NCBI GenBank assembly: GCA_047495785.1
Contig: JBLDXI010000031.1
Span: 620,001-684,000, forward strand
Reading direction: 5' to 3'
Source: Lepidodermella squamata
Taxonomy: Eukaryota; Animalia; Gastrotricha
DNA: 64,000 nucleotides
The notes under the pieces are model-generated. The model was not told where the DNA came from. It ran no database searches and was given only the letters and a program-made list of their open reading frames with translations. The stretch's first letter is position 1, and every line of letters begins with the position of its first letter. Both the position numbers and the translations under genes were made by a program. Shown piece after piece: positions 13,293-23,564 of the stretch.

Positions 13293-13992
13293 TTTTTGAC
13301 GTCTCGCATTGGTAAACTAAGTCCATTGGCCATTTCAAGAGCCAGTTCAAATGGTTACTTGCTGACAAAATTATCTGCTTTTCACGATTTAGAAGCCAGT
13401 CGCCTAAACCAGTTAGGCTACTGGCTACTAATGGTTTAGGCGACTGGTTTTTCATTTTTGAGTCATAATTATGATATCGCTTTTCCATCAAATCCTACGA
13501 CTAATCATTGAATATTATCATTTTTCATGTGAGTATTCCCTATTCCCTTTAAATTGTTTGGCCAGTCGCTGAACCACCTGATATTATTTATTCGTTCAAC
13601 TGGTTTATCGAGATTCTGGATGAGGAGCGATGCCACGCTCAAAAAAGCACAATGTATGAGAGATTCATTTTGAGCAGCTGTTTTCGAATTGATTAATCAT
13701 ACAATTTGGCTTTCACGCTCTCAAAAACTCGCCGGCGTTTTGTTAAGAGCACGGACAATTATTGAAAAATCAGTGCGGGAATGGATTTTTCGGCAAATGC
13801 AGTGTACAATTAGGTTTTGTATACACACATACCTCGAGGGATAGTCCACGCGAAATTTCAGAGCTTATACATTTATGGGCACGCAAGCCTGCAATGTGCT
13901 CATTCTAACCACTGTTTGGCGATTAGCTCCTGTTGTTTTTTCCGATCACGAATTTCTTAGTGAAACTTGTTTTGAATTATAACCTCGCAAGA

Positions 13993-14241
13993 ATGTTCCT
14001 GATCGCCATGCTTACCATGTTAATTCTCGCTGTGATCCCGGCCGAGGCTGAGAGACACGGCATTTCGGACGCTGAACTGCAGCTGTACCTTGGCAATACG
14101 TTTGCGGTGCAAGATTTGCTGCCTGATGAACGCAGCCCGAAGGCGGAGACTGACGCTGATTCGGCGCAATTGGGCTACGACGAGCCAGATTTCGACGCCG
14201 TTGTCAATCGATTTCGCCGATCATCTAGACTGTCTCGATGA
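13993..14241 (+). CDS. Small secreted peptide precursor, family copy 1
   Basis: Signal peptide, then HGISDAELQLYLGNTFA, an acidic spacer and EPDFDAVVNRFRR. Paralogous to the 18360 and 19331 genes. Confidence 0.85.
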   Translation: MFLIAMLTMLILAVIPAEAERHGISDAELQLYLGNTFAVQDLLPDERSPKAETDADSAQLGYDEPDFDAVVNRFRRSSRLSR

Positions 14242-15264
14242 AATTCGAAATGCAATTTAGGCCATATCGCCATGAAGAAATAATTAATAATCATTTTTCA
14301 CTATCGTTGATTGAAAAATCCTCAATAAAATCGGAATTCTTCGCTTCATTTTTTTAGGAGGTAATTTCAACAGCGCTACACTCTGTAAAGATCCCGATTT
14401 CGTTGCATAATATTTAATTTCATCATAAGAATTCAATTGGATGATGATAGGTAGTGCTGTGAAAAACGCGGAGCTAACACAATTCAGGCATGTATTGTAC
14501 GCAGAAACTTGTAATAAATTCTATGATCAATCGTCAATGCTTCTTAAGTCGAGGCTGACATTAATTCTTATCTCCGTGTGCAATTTAACATTAATTTTAG
14601 TAACACAGGCTCCTTGCCGATGAATCAGTATCTCTCCCTGCTAATATTCAATGAACCAAATGAGTGAACTTTCTAATTTTGCTAAGCTATTTAAGAAGTC
14701 CATGAATGAAACCTCGGCTCCTTGGGAGTCATTGCGAGTCACGCAAGCTTCAAATTCCTTCGTCCTCCGGCATCAATATGGAGTTTTGAATCCAAAATGG
14801 ATGAACTCTATTGCCTGCTAACTCGTGTTTAGAATCAGACCTGGACACTGGGTCTCGCTAGGTACAGTGGTCTGGGCAGGCGGTCTCTTCCGACGACTGG
14901 CTGAAGGGAAAGGTCCACATCGGGGCACGATCTTTGCAGTGGAGCAATCAGTGTGCGAAGTAGGATCTGGGAGCTGAGGTGTTTTCTAGCATCAAGCCGA
15001 AGAAGCCGAAGAAAGGTCTTGTCAGACTTCCTCCTTTTGGAGTCCCGGAGTTGGGTATCGTGTCGCTGCGTTTTCGTGCAACACGCCCGCGACAGTCGCA
15101 GATTCCGTAAACCTACCTAAAGACTGTGACATTGATAATGAATGGAAACTGGGTAATTTCCTGCATTATCGGATTCATTCTGCATTGTTCCTGGGCTCGC
15201 ATGAACTGGCTTGGTAGCTGAAAAGACCCATTTCATTTCGACTTTTTACCGAATATCAGCTAAC

Positions 15265-15630
15265 ATGAATTTTGAAGTTATGTTTTGCCTGCTTCTCGCC
15301 GCTATGGCATCTTCGTCAGGTACGTCAAATATTGCCAAGTGATTCCAAAAATTGTTTCATCTTCTTGCAGCGGCTTTGATGTGTTACGAGGGGAAGGGAA
15401 CGATTACGAAACTGCACAAGCAAGACACTTCTATGATAAAATTTGGCTGTGCGACTTGCTCCTACCCCGAAACTGTTTCGGGTGACAAAACTGAGCAGAT
15501 CAAATCATGCATGACGAAATCTCTTTCGGCTAGCGATATCGGGTGTAAAGTGAAAGTTAGCTGGTCTGCAACCACGACGACCTGCTACTGCGTCAAAGAT
15601 GCATGCAACTTGGATAAGCCTGAATTCTGA
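15265..15630 (+). CDS. Secreted three-finger (Ly6/uPAR-like) protein
   Basis: Signal exon 15265-15319, 51-bp intron, exon 15371-15630 reading LMCY...CATC...SC...GC...CYCVKDACN (8 Cys). No GPI tail. Confidence 0.75.
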
Positions 15631-15677
15631 AATTGCCCGCTTTATTCTTGCAAGGGTTTATGATTCAATTAAATCTT

Positions 15678-18092
15678 TTAAGGTCCTTGAACGTTAATGT
15701 TGATAGTAGATGCAACAGCCATCGAAAAATTCGAGTGACTCGCTTGAAACCCGCGTCTACTGCGCAGAAATAACGGGATTATAAGCAGGCAATTAATCAA
15801 TCCTCCCGTGACCAAACAAAGAAACGCAAGAATCATCCGCACGGTACTTGGCGATGATACTGTTACAACAAGTAAAACCCCGGCACATATGAGAGTAGTT
15901 TCATTCGCAAGGAATGCCGAAATGTGCTTGAGATCAGAGCAAATTGTTGTGTTCCTAGGATTCATCCGTTTTAACTGATAGGCTATAAAAGAGCCGGCGA
16001 GAATGGGAGCTAATGCGACGATTAGCAATGCAACAAGCCATTTGCCTTGGTTAATTGAGTGGCAAGATCGGTCGAAGACTCCGGTTAGGACATCGGAGAC
16101 CTCGTCGTAGGATGAGCTAACTTCAATCCCTGATATCGGCGTGACCGGGTCGGTTAGGATCCAAATCAAATTGATTATAAGGCTCAGCGCGAAAAGTAAG
16201 ATCGACCCTAAGATTATCCGTTTATTGAGCCCGGACATGACCTCGGCTGAGATAAGTACTCTAGGAGGGATTGATGAAGTTGACGGAAAAGTGCCGCGTT
16301 GCTTTCGCTTCCTGCCAGATCGTTTGCTCAGGAGGGAACCAACCGATGCGCTTCTTGAGGAAGTTGAATTGAGTTCGCGGCGAAAGCTGAGAAGCTTCGA
16401 AAACAACAAGCCATTAGCTAATGCGAAACCTAGGCTTAAGAGCCATCTTTCCGCTGCGCAAATAGCTCTTCCACCTCCGAATTCCGTCAACTCCGAGGTG
16501 AAGGCTATTCCTGCTGAATTGATGGAAACCGAAGCTGCAACTAGAAACCCATAGAGTCCAGGCATCATGCTTCGCCACTCGACCATGTTTCGATCGACTT
16601 TACCCTTGAAGAATGTGAATCCAAACAAAAGGACAGAAATTGAGGATGACAAAACTGAGATTGAATATACGGAATACTGATAAGGATCGGAAATATTCTG
16701 CATCTTCGGTACGAACAACATTTGATCACGTGGATGTCGAGCTTTCATATCAGACCAAACTTGATCGCTCATCTTACGAACGATGTAGGATTTGATGTCG
16801 TAGACAGACTGGTTTTGACCCGGGTACATTTTGTAGATTGGAAAAAAGGAATCGGCTGGAGACCATCGTAAGACAACCTGAGCTTCATAGTCCATTTCAA
16901 GACGGCTTGAGTAGAAACTTCGACCAACCCTCAGGCCAATGTAGTCTACAAGCCCAGCCGATTTTGAAATAGAGCTAGAAATTCTCGAAAAATCAGTTTT
17001 AACTTCAAGTAGAGATGAATTCATTGACTTGAGCTCTTGATTTGCTAAATCCAATGTTAAGATCGCCTGTAACAAAGAATCGTGGCAAACGTGTCTTTTA
17101 TCGTAATCCGGAGTCCTGGAACTGTTAGTATAAACATCTAAAATTTGATCAAACTCGTTAGTATCGTAACCAAGAATAGTCGGAGGATTGTTCTCAAAAG
17201 CTGAAAGAGTGCCTCCGATCCAAAATGATATTTTCGATTGTTCGACAACCATCTCCCGCGTGCAACCTGGGCTGACAATTGCGCCTAACCTCAAAGGATC
17301 GGAAATCACAGTGGATTGGAGAATGAAGGCATATTTTTGGCCTCTCATTCCAAATTTGTAAGTCTGGCATAGAAATCTGAGGACTACGCTAGAATCAACC
17401 ATTTCAACCACGATAACCCTCAGGTTGCTTTCTTGCAACGAAATCATAGTTGCATCATCTATCTCCGACACAACATTCAGCCATTTTATGGCCAGACCAT
17501 TCTCACGGCTTCCTTTCAACATCTCTAGAGAAATCAGATAATTCACCCAGTTAGCCCCATTCACAAGAAGCGCGATTTTTGACCATTTGCCTATTTCTTT
17601 GATGAATTTGATGCGTGGGTAGATGGCGAATTCCCCTGACATTTTACTACGAAACAATCCCGGAAAAAGCCGCCGATTTGCTGTCAGAACTGGAGTTGCA
17701 CATGACGTCCCAATAGTAACCATTCCCAAATGATGAATCATCGCTCCTAAACGCTGGCATCCTGCTGAGAAGTTGGGCCCAACTGCGACTAAGGATGGGT
17801 AAATAGCTTCTTTAGTCGTCTCGGATCGGCGGGAAAAGTCTAAGGCCCGTTTCACGGCTTGCATTGAGTTGGGCCCTTCATCTTGAAAGTCGGGTTCTAG
17901 GTGATAATCGGGTAAGATGTCTGATCGGTTGTTGACGATATTCGCGAGTAATTCGCTAACACTACGACACAGTTTGCCATCTCGCGGCTCTCCGCCAGTG
18001 AATGGAATCATTACAAGAAGAGGCATTCTATACTGCTTGGAGCAATATGATGCGCAGATCCATAGGGAAAGCAAAAACCAGGTGAAATGCAT
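15678..18092 (-). CDS. Intronless class C GPCR, GABA-B-receptor-like (Venus flytrap plus 7TM)
   Basis: Signal peptide and VNNRSDILPDYHL VFT motif. No Cys-rich domain. Seven hydrophobic segments including CxxxxWLLSLGFALxxGxLFSK and WxxxDP. Confidence 0.88.
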   Translation of the reverse strand: MHFTWFLLSLWICASYCSKQYRMPLLVMIPFTGGEPRDGKLCRSVSELLANIVNNRSDILPDYHLEPDFQDEGPNSMQAVKRALDFSRRSETTKEAIYPSLVAVGPNFSAGCQRLGAMIHHLGMVTIGTSCATPVLTANRRLFPGLFRSKMSGEFAIYPRIKFIKEIGKWSKIALLVNGANWVNYLISLEMLKGSRENGLAIKWLNVVSEIDDATMISLQESNLRVIVVEMVDSSVVLRFLCQTYKFGMRGQKYAFILQSTVISDPLRLGAIVSPGCTREMVVEQSKISFWIGGTLSAFENNPPTILGYDTNEFDQILDVYTNSSRTPDYDKRHVCHDSLLQAILTLDLANQELKSMNSSLLEVKTDFSRISSSISKSAGLVDYIGLRVGRSFYSSRLEMDYEAQVVLRWSPADSFFPIYKMYPGQNQSVYDIKSYIVRKMSDQVWSDMKARHPRDQMLFVPKMQNISDPYQYSVYSISVLSSSISVLLFGFTFFKGKVDRNMVEWRSMMPGLYGFLVAASVSINSAGIAFTSELTEFGGGRAICAAERWLLSLGFALANGLLFSKLLSFRRELNSTSSRSASVGSLLSKRSGRKRKQRGTFPSTSSIPPRVLISAEVMSGLNKRIILGSILLFALSLIINLIWILTDPVTPISGIEVSSSYDEVSDVLTGVFDRSCHSINQGKWLVALLIVALAPILAGSFIAYQLKRMNPRNTTICSDLKHISAFLANETTLICAGVLLVVTVSSPSTVRMILAFLCLVTGGLINCLLIIPLFLRSRRGFQASHSNFSMAVASTININVQGP

Positions 18093-18359
18093 GCCTAAAA
18101 TTCGATAAATGCGACTTGTTTTCAGATTTTATGCTCTTAACCACCCCCGAGCACGTGTTCAAGACAAACGCAGGATACAAACCATACATTGAATAGCTAG
18201 GTCTCACGTTTCCTCTAGCTAGACATTCCCGCGAGGGTTGGCCTACTCGTAATTCGAGATCGACAAATTTAGACGCGATAGTTCATGCAATGTGATCATT
18301 AGAGAGAATTTTCTGTCAAGAGGAATTTCTTTTTTTGTTTAGATCCATTTTTAGCCAAA

Positions 18360-18623
18360 ATGGCTAGACTCTTCCTATTAGCGGTTGCTGTGACACTTCT
18401 CGCTGCTAATTTTGCAAGGGCTGAAATGTATGGCATTTCAGACGAAGACCTGCAGCGATATCTCGGCAATTGGTTTGCAGCTAAAGACCTGTCCGAAGAA
18501 CACTATCACGGCGACGGCCCGGCGGATGAGCACGAGGATTACTCGCCGCAATCGAGTTACGAAGAGCCTGATTTCGACGCTAATGTCAATCGATTTCGCC
18601 GGTCGGCTAGGCTTATTCGGTAG
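18360..18623 (+). CDS. Small secreted peptide precursor, family copy 2
   Basis: Signal peptide; YGISDEDLQRYLGNWFA...EPDFDANVNRFRR. Confidence 0.88.
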   Translation: MARLFLLAVAVTLLAANFARAEMYGISDEDLQRYLGNWFAAKDLSEEHYHGDGPADEHEDYSPQSSYEEPDFDANVNRFRRSARLIR

Positions 18624-19330
18624 AGAAATATAAAGTCGAAATAAAGACATTAACCCCGCACCGATGCTTGTTTACTCGGCGTGAATTTTTAATTAATTAT
18701 ATTTGCACTTCCCTTGCTACATTCTGTAAAGTAAATAATAAAATCGAGATTCGTCGATGCGTGGTTTCAGTTTATTGGTCCGGGATAGTCCACAAAGGTC
18801 AAAAGTTGCAGAGACAAAAATTCTTACACGAAAAAGGAGATGAAATGTTTGCCACATCGCACAAACCCCTTGCGATTTGATGCTACCATATCTAATACCA
18901 TTTTTTATACAAAAACATCAATAATCAAATTTTGAGATCATAATATGATATTTCATTCATAACATCCCACACTTTAGAAATATTAGCTTGTGTAAATCCA
19001 CGTGATGGTGCTGCAGAACTATTGATCTCCCTAACTGTTTTCTCGCGTTATCGAACGGTTTTTAGAGGCTTGTTTATTTTTAACTTCGACATAATGTGAT
19101 CGGCTCCACTTCCGTAGCTGCTAACAATAGAACATTCTCTACGCTTTACTTTAGCAAAAATTAGTTCGATAACGCGAGAAAATTCCTATGAAGATCAATA
19201 GCTCTGCATATTTGGTCTCACTTAGCGGGACCCCACTAACTTTTTTATTTTGATTGATAATTTACTTTATCTACAAAACCTGAGTTTTATTTTATTAGGA
19301 TCCTCCAAATCGGCAATTTAATTTATTACA

Positions 19331-19567
19331 ATGCTGAAGTCTCTGGCTCCTATTTTCCTCGTCATTGTTTCCCTTGCTTTAATTCAAGCAGAACGGTATG
19401 GCATCTCAGATGTTGAACTCCAGCGATTCTTAGGCAATTCATTCGCCACGGAACAAGGACACGGACATGGTCAGCAAGCCCAGAATGCAGACAACGGTTA
19501 CAAGTCTCACTTTGTATATGACGATCCTGATTTCGATGCCGACCTCTTACGATTCAGGCGATGGTGA
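19331..19567 (+). CDS. Small secreted peptide precursor, family copy 3
   Basis: Signal peptide; YGISDVELQRFLGNSFA...DPDFDADLLRFRR. Confidence 0.88.
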   Translation: MLKSLAPIFLVIVSLALIQAERYGISDVELQRFLGNSFATEQGHGHGQQAQNADNGYKSHFVYDDPDFDADLLRFRRW

Positions 19568-19949
19568 TACCATGCACGGCAAAACCGATCAATAATTTTA
19601 TCGTGAATTCTCGCTATTTTAATTTAAATCCTAATTCCAAGCATTATAGGCCTGTATGAATTGAAGGTTTTGTTATAATAAAATTAACATTCTGGTAAAG
19701 GTGAATCTGCGTAATTCGAGATGATCGCATTCAACAATTCCATTCCATTCAAAAAATGATGATTCCTGTTGGATCATTGTGAATTAGAACGCTGAGAGAA
19801 GTTCTTATGACGAAAAAACCGATTATTTTTATCATAAGGATCACGCAATACACCAATTATTCACTGCAATCTTTAAACTTGCTTCAGAGTCAATGTATAA
19901 TTATCCAATAAACATCATTTTCACCACCGAATTCTGATATGTCATAAAA

Positions 19950-20183
19950 ATGGACAAGCTAGCGCTACTCCTTTTCGCTGCTGTGATGGTTCTTACTGCT
20001 TCGCGAACGCAGGCTTCAAATTTTGGAATAACAGGATACAGACTGCAGCGCCTTTTCGATGATAGTTCACTCCTGGACAGCGACGAGATGTCAGCGGAAG
20101 CCTATGAACAGGAAGAAGATTTTGAGAACTTTATAAAACAGCCGCAACAACCAGCTGCAGTTCAACGAGGAGCTCAGATCTGA
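19950..20183 (+). CDS. Small secreted peptide precursor, subfamily B copy 1
   Basis: Signal peptide; SNFGITGYRLQRLFD; acidic spacer. Confidence 0.85.
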   Translation: MDKLALLLFAAVMVLTASRTQASNFGITGYRLQRLFDDSSLLDSDEMSAEAYEQEEDFENFIKQPQQPAAVQRGAQI

Positions 20184-20743
20184 ACTCGGAAATGGCACAG
20201 TAAAAGTAGTGCCGACGATAAACATTTCATGGAACAGCCCAATAGTACAGTACGCGTGAACTTCCTATTTCCTTTCTTGGGTTCGAAATTGACTGTTGTA
20301 AACTCACATTACTTTTATCATCAACAATCTTTCCCATTGATAAATGCATCTTGAGTTGTGAAAACTTCAGTGATCTGAATGATTTTCTGTCAACGCTTTT
20401 GTCTGCGTCACTGAAAACTATGTTTCAAAATTATTGATATGGCTAAATCACGCCCAGATGGAGCTGTGGCCAGAAGTCAATTAGTGAAGCGAAACCGGAC
20501 GTGTGTCATCTCGAATAATTAACCTGGACCTTCGCATGGAATTCCTCTAGAGTCCCACAATTTACTATATATAATACTGGGATCCTTGAAATTTAATAAG
20601 TTGAAACCTAATCAAGTCTCATTTTTGCGATGTGTGTGTTCTCAATTTTACGCCCATCGGAGGAACACAAATTCGATTTGTGCTCGCCTCATGTGAAAGA
20701 TTCGATCATTAAAATAAATGAGGATCCTAATTTTGTGTAGTCA

Positions 20744-20866
20744 GGGTATGGCATCTCGGATTTTAAACTGCGGCGATTCCTGGGCAATTCATGTGCCAAA
20801 GAACAAGGGCACGGAAACAGTCAGCAAGCGAAGAATTCAGACTATGCTACTATTGAAAATAACTGA
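20744..20866 (+). pseudogene. Truncated copy of the 19331 peptide gene
   Basis: Reads GYGISDFKLRRFLGNSCAKEQGHGNSQQAKNSD. It lacks the ATG, the signal peptide and the C-terminal motif. Confidence 0.75.
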
Positions 20867-21031
20867 GATTGATGGACTATTGAGAATTGGACGCAGTCGA
20901 TTGAAATTTTTATGACAGAAAAATCGATCATTCTGTTTGATATGGATTACGGACCACGCAATACGGCAATTGAAAAATTCTTCTTGCTTCGCGGCCTCTG
21001 AATAATTATCAAAACGATATTGTTGATTAAG

Positions 21032-21259
21032 ATGAACAAGCTACCGCTATTCGTTTTTGTTCTGGTGTTTCTGGCTGTTTTGCGGTCACAGGCTTCGAAT
21101 TTTGGCATGACAGGATACAGACTGCAGCGGCTGTTTGATAACTTTCTCATGGACAGTGACGAGTCGTCATCGGAAGTTGATGAAGAGAGAGACGATTTTA
21201 AGAACTTTATAAAACAGCCTCAACAAAAAGGTACGTTTCGACAAGGAGCTCGAATCTGA
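21032..21259 (+). CDS. Small secreted peptide precursor, subfamily B copy 2
   Basis: Signal peptide; SNFGMTGYRLQRLFD. Flanking DNA is duplicated with the 19950 copy. Confidence 0.85.
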   Translation: MNKLPLFVFVLVFLAVLRSQASNFGMTGYRLQRLFDNFLMDSDESSSEVDEERDDFKNFIKQPQQKGTFRQGARI

Positions 21260-22020
21260 ACTCGGAAATGGCACAGTAAAAGCAGTGCAGATGATAAACA
21301 TTTCAAGAAACAGTCTCAAGAAAACAGTACGCATGAACTTTCTACTCGATTTACTTCCTGAAGTTCGAATTTGAGTATTATGGATATTCACATTATTTGT
21401 ATCACCAGTAAGCTTCTTGATTAATAAAATGAATGTGGAGCTGTGAAAACGGCAGGATCTGAGTCATTCTATACAAAACTGTTATCTGACGTCACTGGAA
21501 GTATGTTTTCAAGTTATTGATACGGCTAATTCACGCCCAGACGGCGGAGCTGTAGCCAAAAGTCAATTAGTGAATGGACACCGGACGCGCGTCATCGCGA
21601 ATAAATTAACCTGGACCTTCGCATGGAATCCCTCTTCACAGAGTCCCAGAATTTACAATAGAATTATAGGATCCTCTAGATTTAATTAGCTGAAACCTAA
21701 TTTCATATCTCATTTGCGATGTGTGTTACTATAGGCCCATCGAAGGAACAAAAATTCAATTTGTGCTCGCCTCATGTGAAAGATTCTATCCAAAAAAATG
21801 AGAACCAGAATAAGAATGGGATCAACCCCATTTTCACGACTTTGAATGAGCTAATCAACCATATGATTCAATCTATGCTGAAATAGTGTTGCCAGTTAAT
21901 TTTATTTCGTATGTCGAATGGATAAGCCTCCATTAATGAAAATGCGTGTTTTACGGCATTAAATGCCTGTTAAGCTCATTACTACTACTACATGGCAGAG
22001 TTCTTAGGCAGCATCAGCTT

Positions 22021-22761
22021 TCACTTCGTGTTGAACGGCCAGTTGTTGCCCCAGGGAATTGCTGGCAATGCATTCCAGTTCCAAGTGGGCGGCTGTACCC
22101 AATTGAAGGGCCATTTGTTCGCAGGCGCCTTCGTAGTAATTGCCTCCCAGCGAACAACAGGTAGTCTAACCGCTGGCGGCGTATCAGGGCGAGCAACCTC
22201 GGTGTTTCCCCCAGTTACAGGACCAATGCCATGATCAACAGCCTCCAGCTTGCTAGACGGAACACCCCATCTTCCCAGAAGTTGAATACCGTAGTTAGAA
22301 AGAGGCGTTGACAAAACGATAGAACGAGACAAGACCCATCCATAACGCCATATAAAGCCGTTTTGGACAGTTTCACTGTAGACTACAGCGACATTGTCGT
22401 AGTCAGTGTACAGAATGCGGTAGTCGTTGTCCTTATCGCCGAAATTGACGTAGCGGATCGCCCACCAGGCAGGCTCATCATTCGATTTGACTCTCGCCTG
22501 GCCTAGCTTTAAGTTCCATGTGTTTTTCGCATCGAGCCATTGACGATCGTAGACCGTCACAGTGCCGTCTCCGTTTGCAACGTATGATTTCGTGGCGTCG
22601 CTGCCTGTTTCTTGAGGGGTTCCTTTTGTTCGGTAGATGACGTACCAGTTGCCAACATATCGCGAGGCGTCGAAATCAGCCTGCAGGGCTGGTCGGCCAA
22701 CTGAGGTTTGGCAGTTCACTATGGCTAGGAAAGAAGCTGCAGCTATTACGCTGGCAAGCAT
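22021..22761 (-). CDS. Lipocalin (ApoD/Blc-like) with a Trp/Pro/Asn-rich tail
   Basis: Signal peptide; SCR1 FDASRYVGNWY, SCR2 YTDYDN, SCR3 WVLSR. Confidence 0.9.
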   Translation of the reverse strand: MLASVIAAASFLAIVNCQTSVGRPALQADFDASRYVGNWYVIYRTKGTPQETGSDATKSYVANGDGTVTVYDRQWLDAKNTWNLKLGQARVKSNDEPAWWAIRYVNFGDKDNDYRILYTDYDNVAVVYSETVQNGFIWRYGWVLSRSIVLSTPLSNYGIQLLGRWGVPSSKLEAVDHGIGPVTGGNTEVARPDTPPAVRLPVVRWEAITTKAPANKWPFNWVQPPTWNWNALPAIPWGNNWPFNTK

Positions 22762-23255
22762 GGCAGTGTTTTTAACTCAACGAAACAGAATTGAGTGGAA
22801 AATGATGCAGCTTGTCGATGTTGGCATGCTTAAATATTAGCGTCGACACCATAATCCTGATGGTCCCCTGCATCTAGTTGTTTTTTACCACGTTTTCGTG
22901 TTTGGCTGAGCACTCATTGGCAAGAGTTCACGATAGAAAAACGCATGCATTTGACGCATGTCGACAAGCAGTGATAGAAACATCTGGAAGTGAACGTTAA
23001 GCAGCTCAGGTTACAACGATGGAGATTCAGGAACAAAAATGTAAAGGCTGTTGAAGGTCTTTTTTATTCCAGCTTGATCCGAGTTCAAATTCAAACTAAA
23101 TTTTCATCTTTAAAATTTCTGACGCCAAGGCACTTGCCTTACTTCCCCATCGGATAGGTTATCTATAGCTACTCTACTCAAAAGGGGACACTTTTTTGGC
23201 TAAAGTTCTCAATGTTTGTAGGCAAGCCAGCCTGAAATATTAATTACATAATGAT

Positions 23256-23439
23256 CAGGGCTGGAAAAAGTGTCCTACCACGGTATCAATGGTAGCGGAA
23301 ATTTCGGCAAAATTAGGAAGAGAATGGGAAAATAAGGGAAGTTTCCGAAAAATACCACGAAAAGTTGTGCTTTTCGGCCAAAATTAGCGGAAATTTCCGA
23401 GTTTTGAGACCGGAAGGTTTGACACTTTTTCCGCCCCTG
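23256..23439. mobile_element. hAT-type MITE (184 bp)
   Basis: TIRs CAGGGCTGGAAAAAGTGTC and GACACTTTTTCCGCCCCTG (17/19 match), with a perfect 8-bp TSD ATAATGAT on both sides. Confidence 0.88.
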
Positions 23440-23564
23440 ATAATGATGATACCGCACTCTCATTTCCATTCGCTCCTTGAAATCGGATAATTTTGCAATG
23501 TAATGGCATAAAAACATCAGTACCCTAGGCACTTTTCATAATTTACTTCTTGCCAAACTGACGG

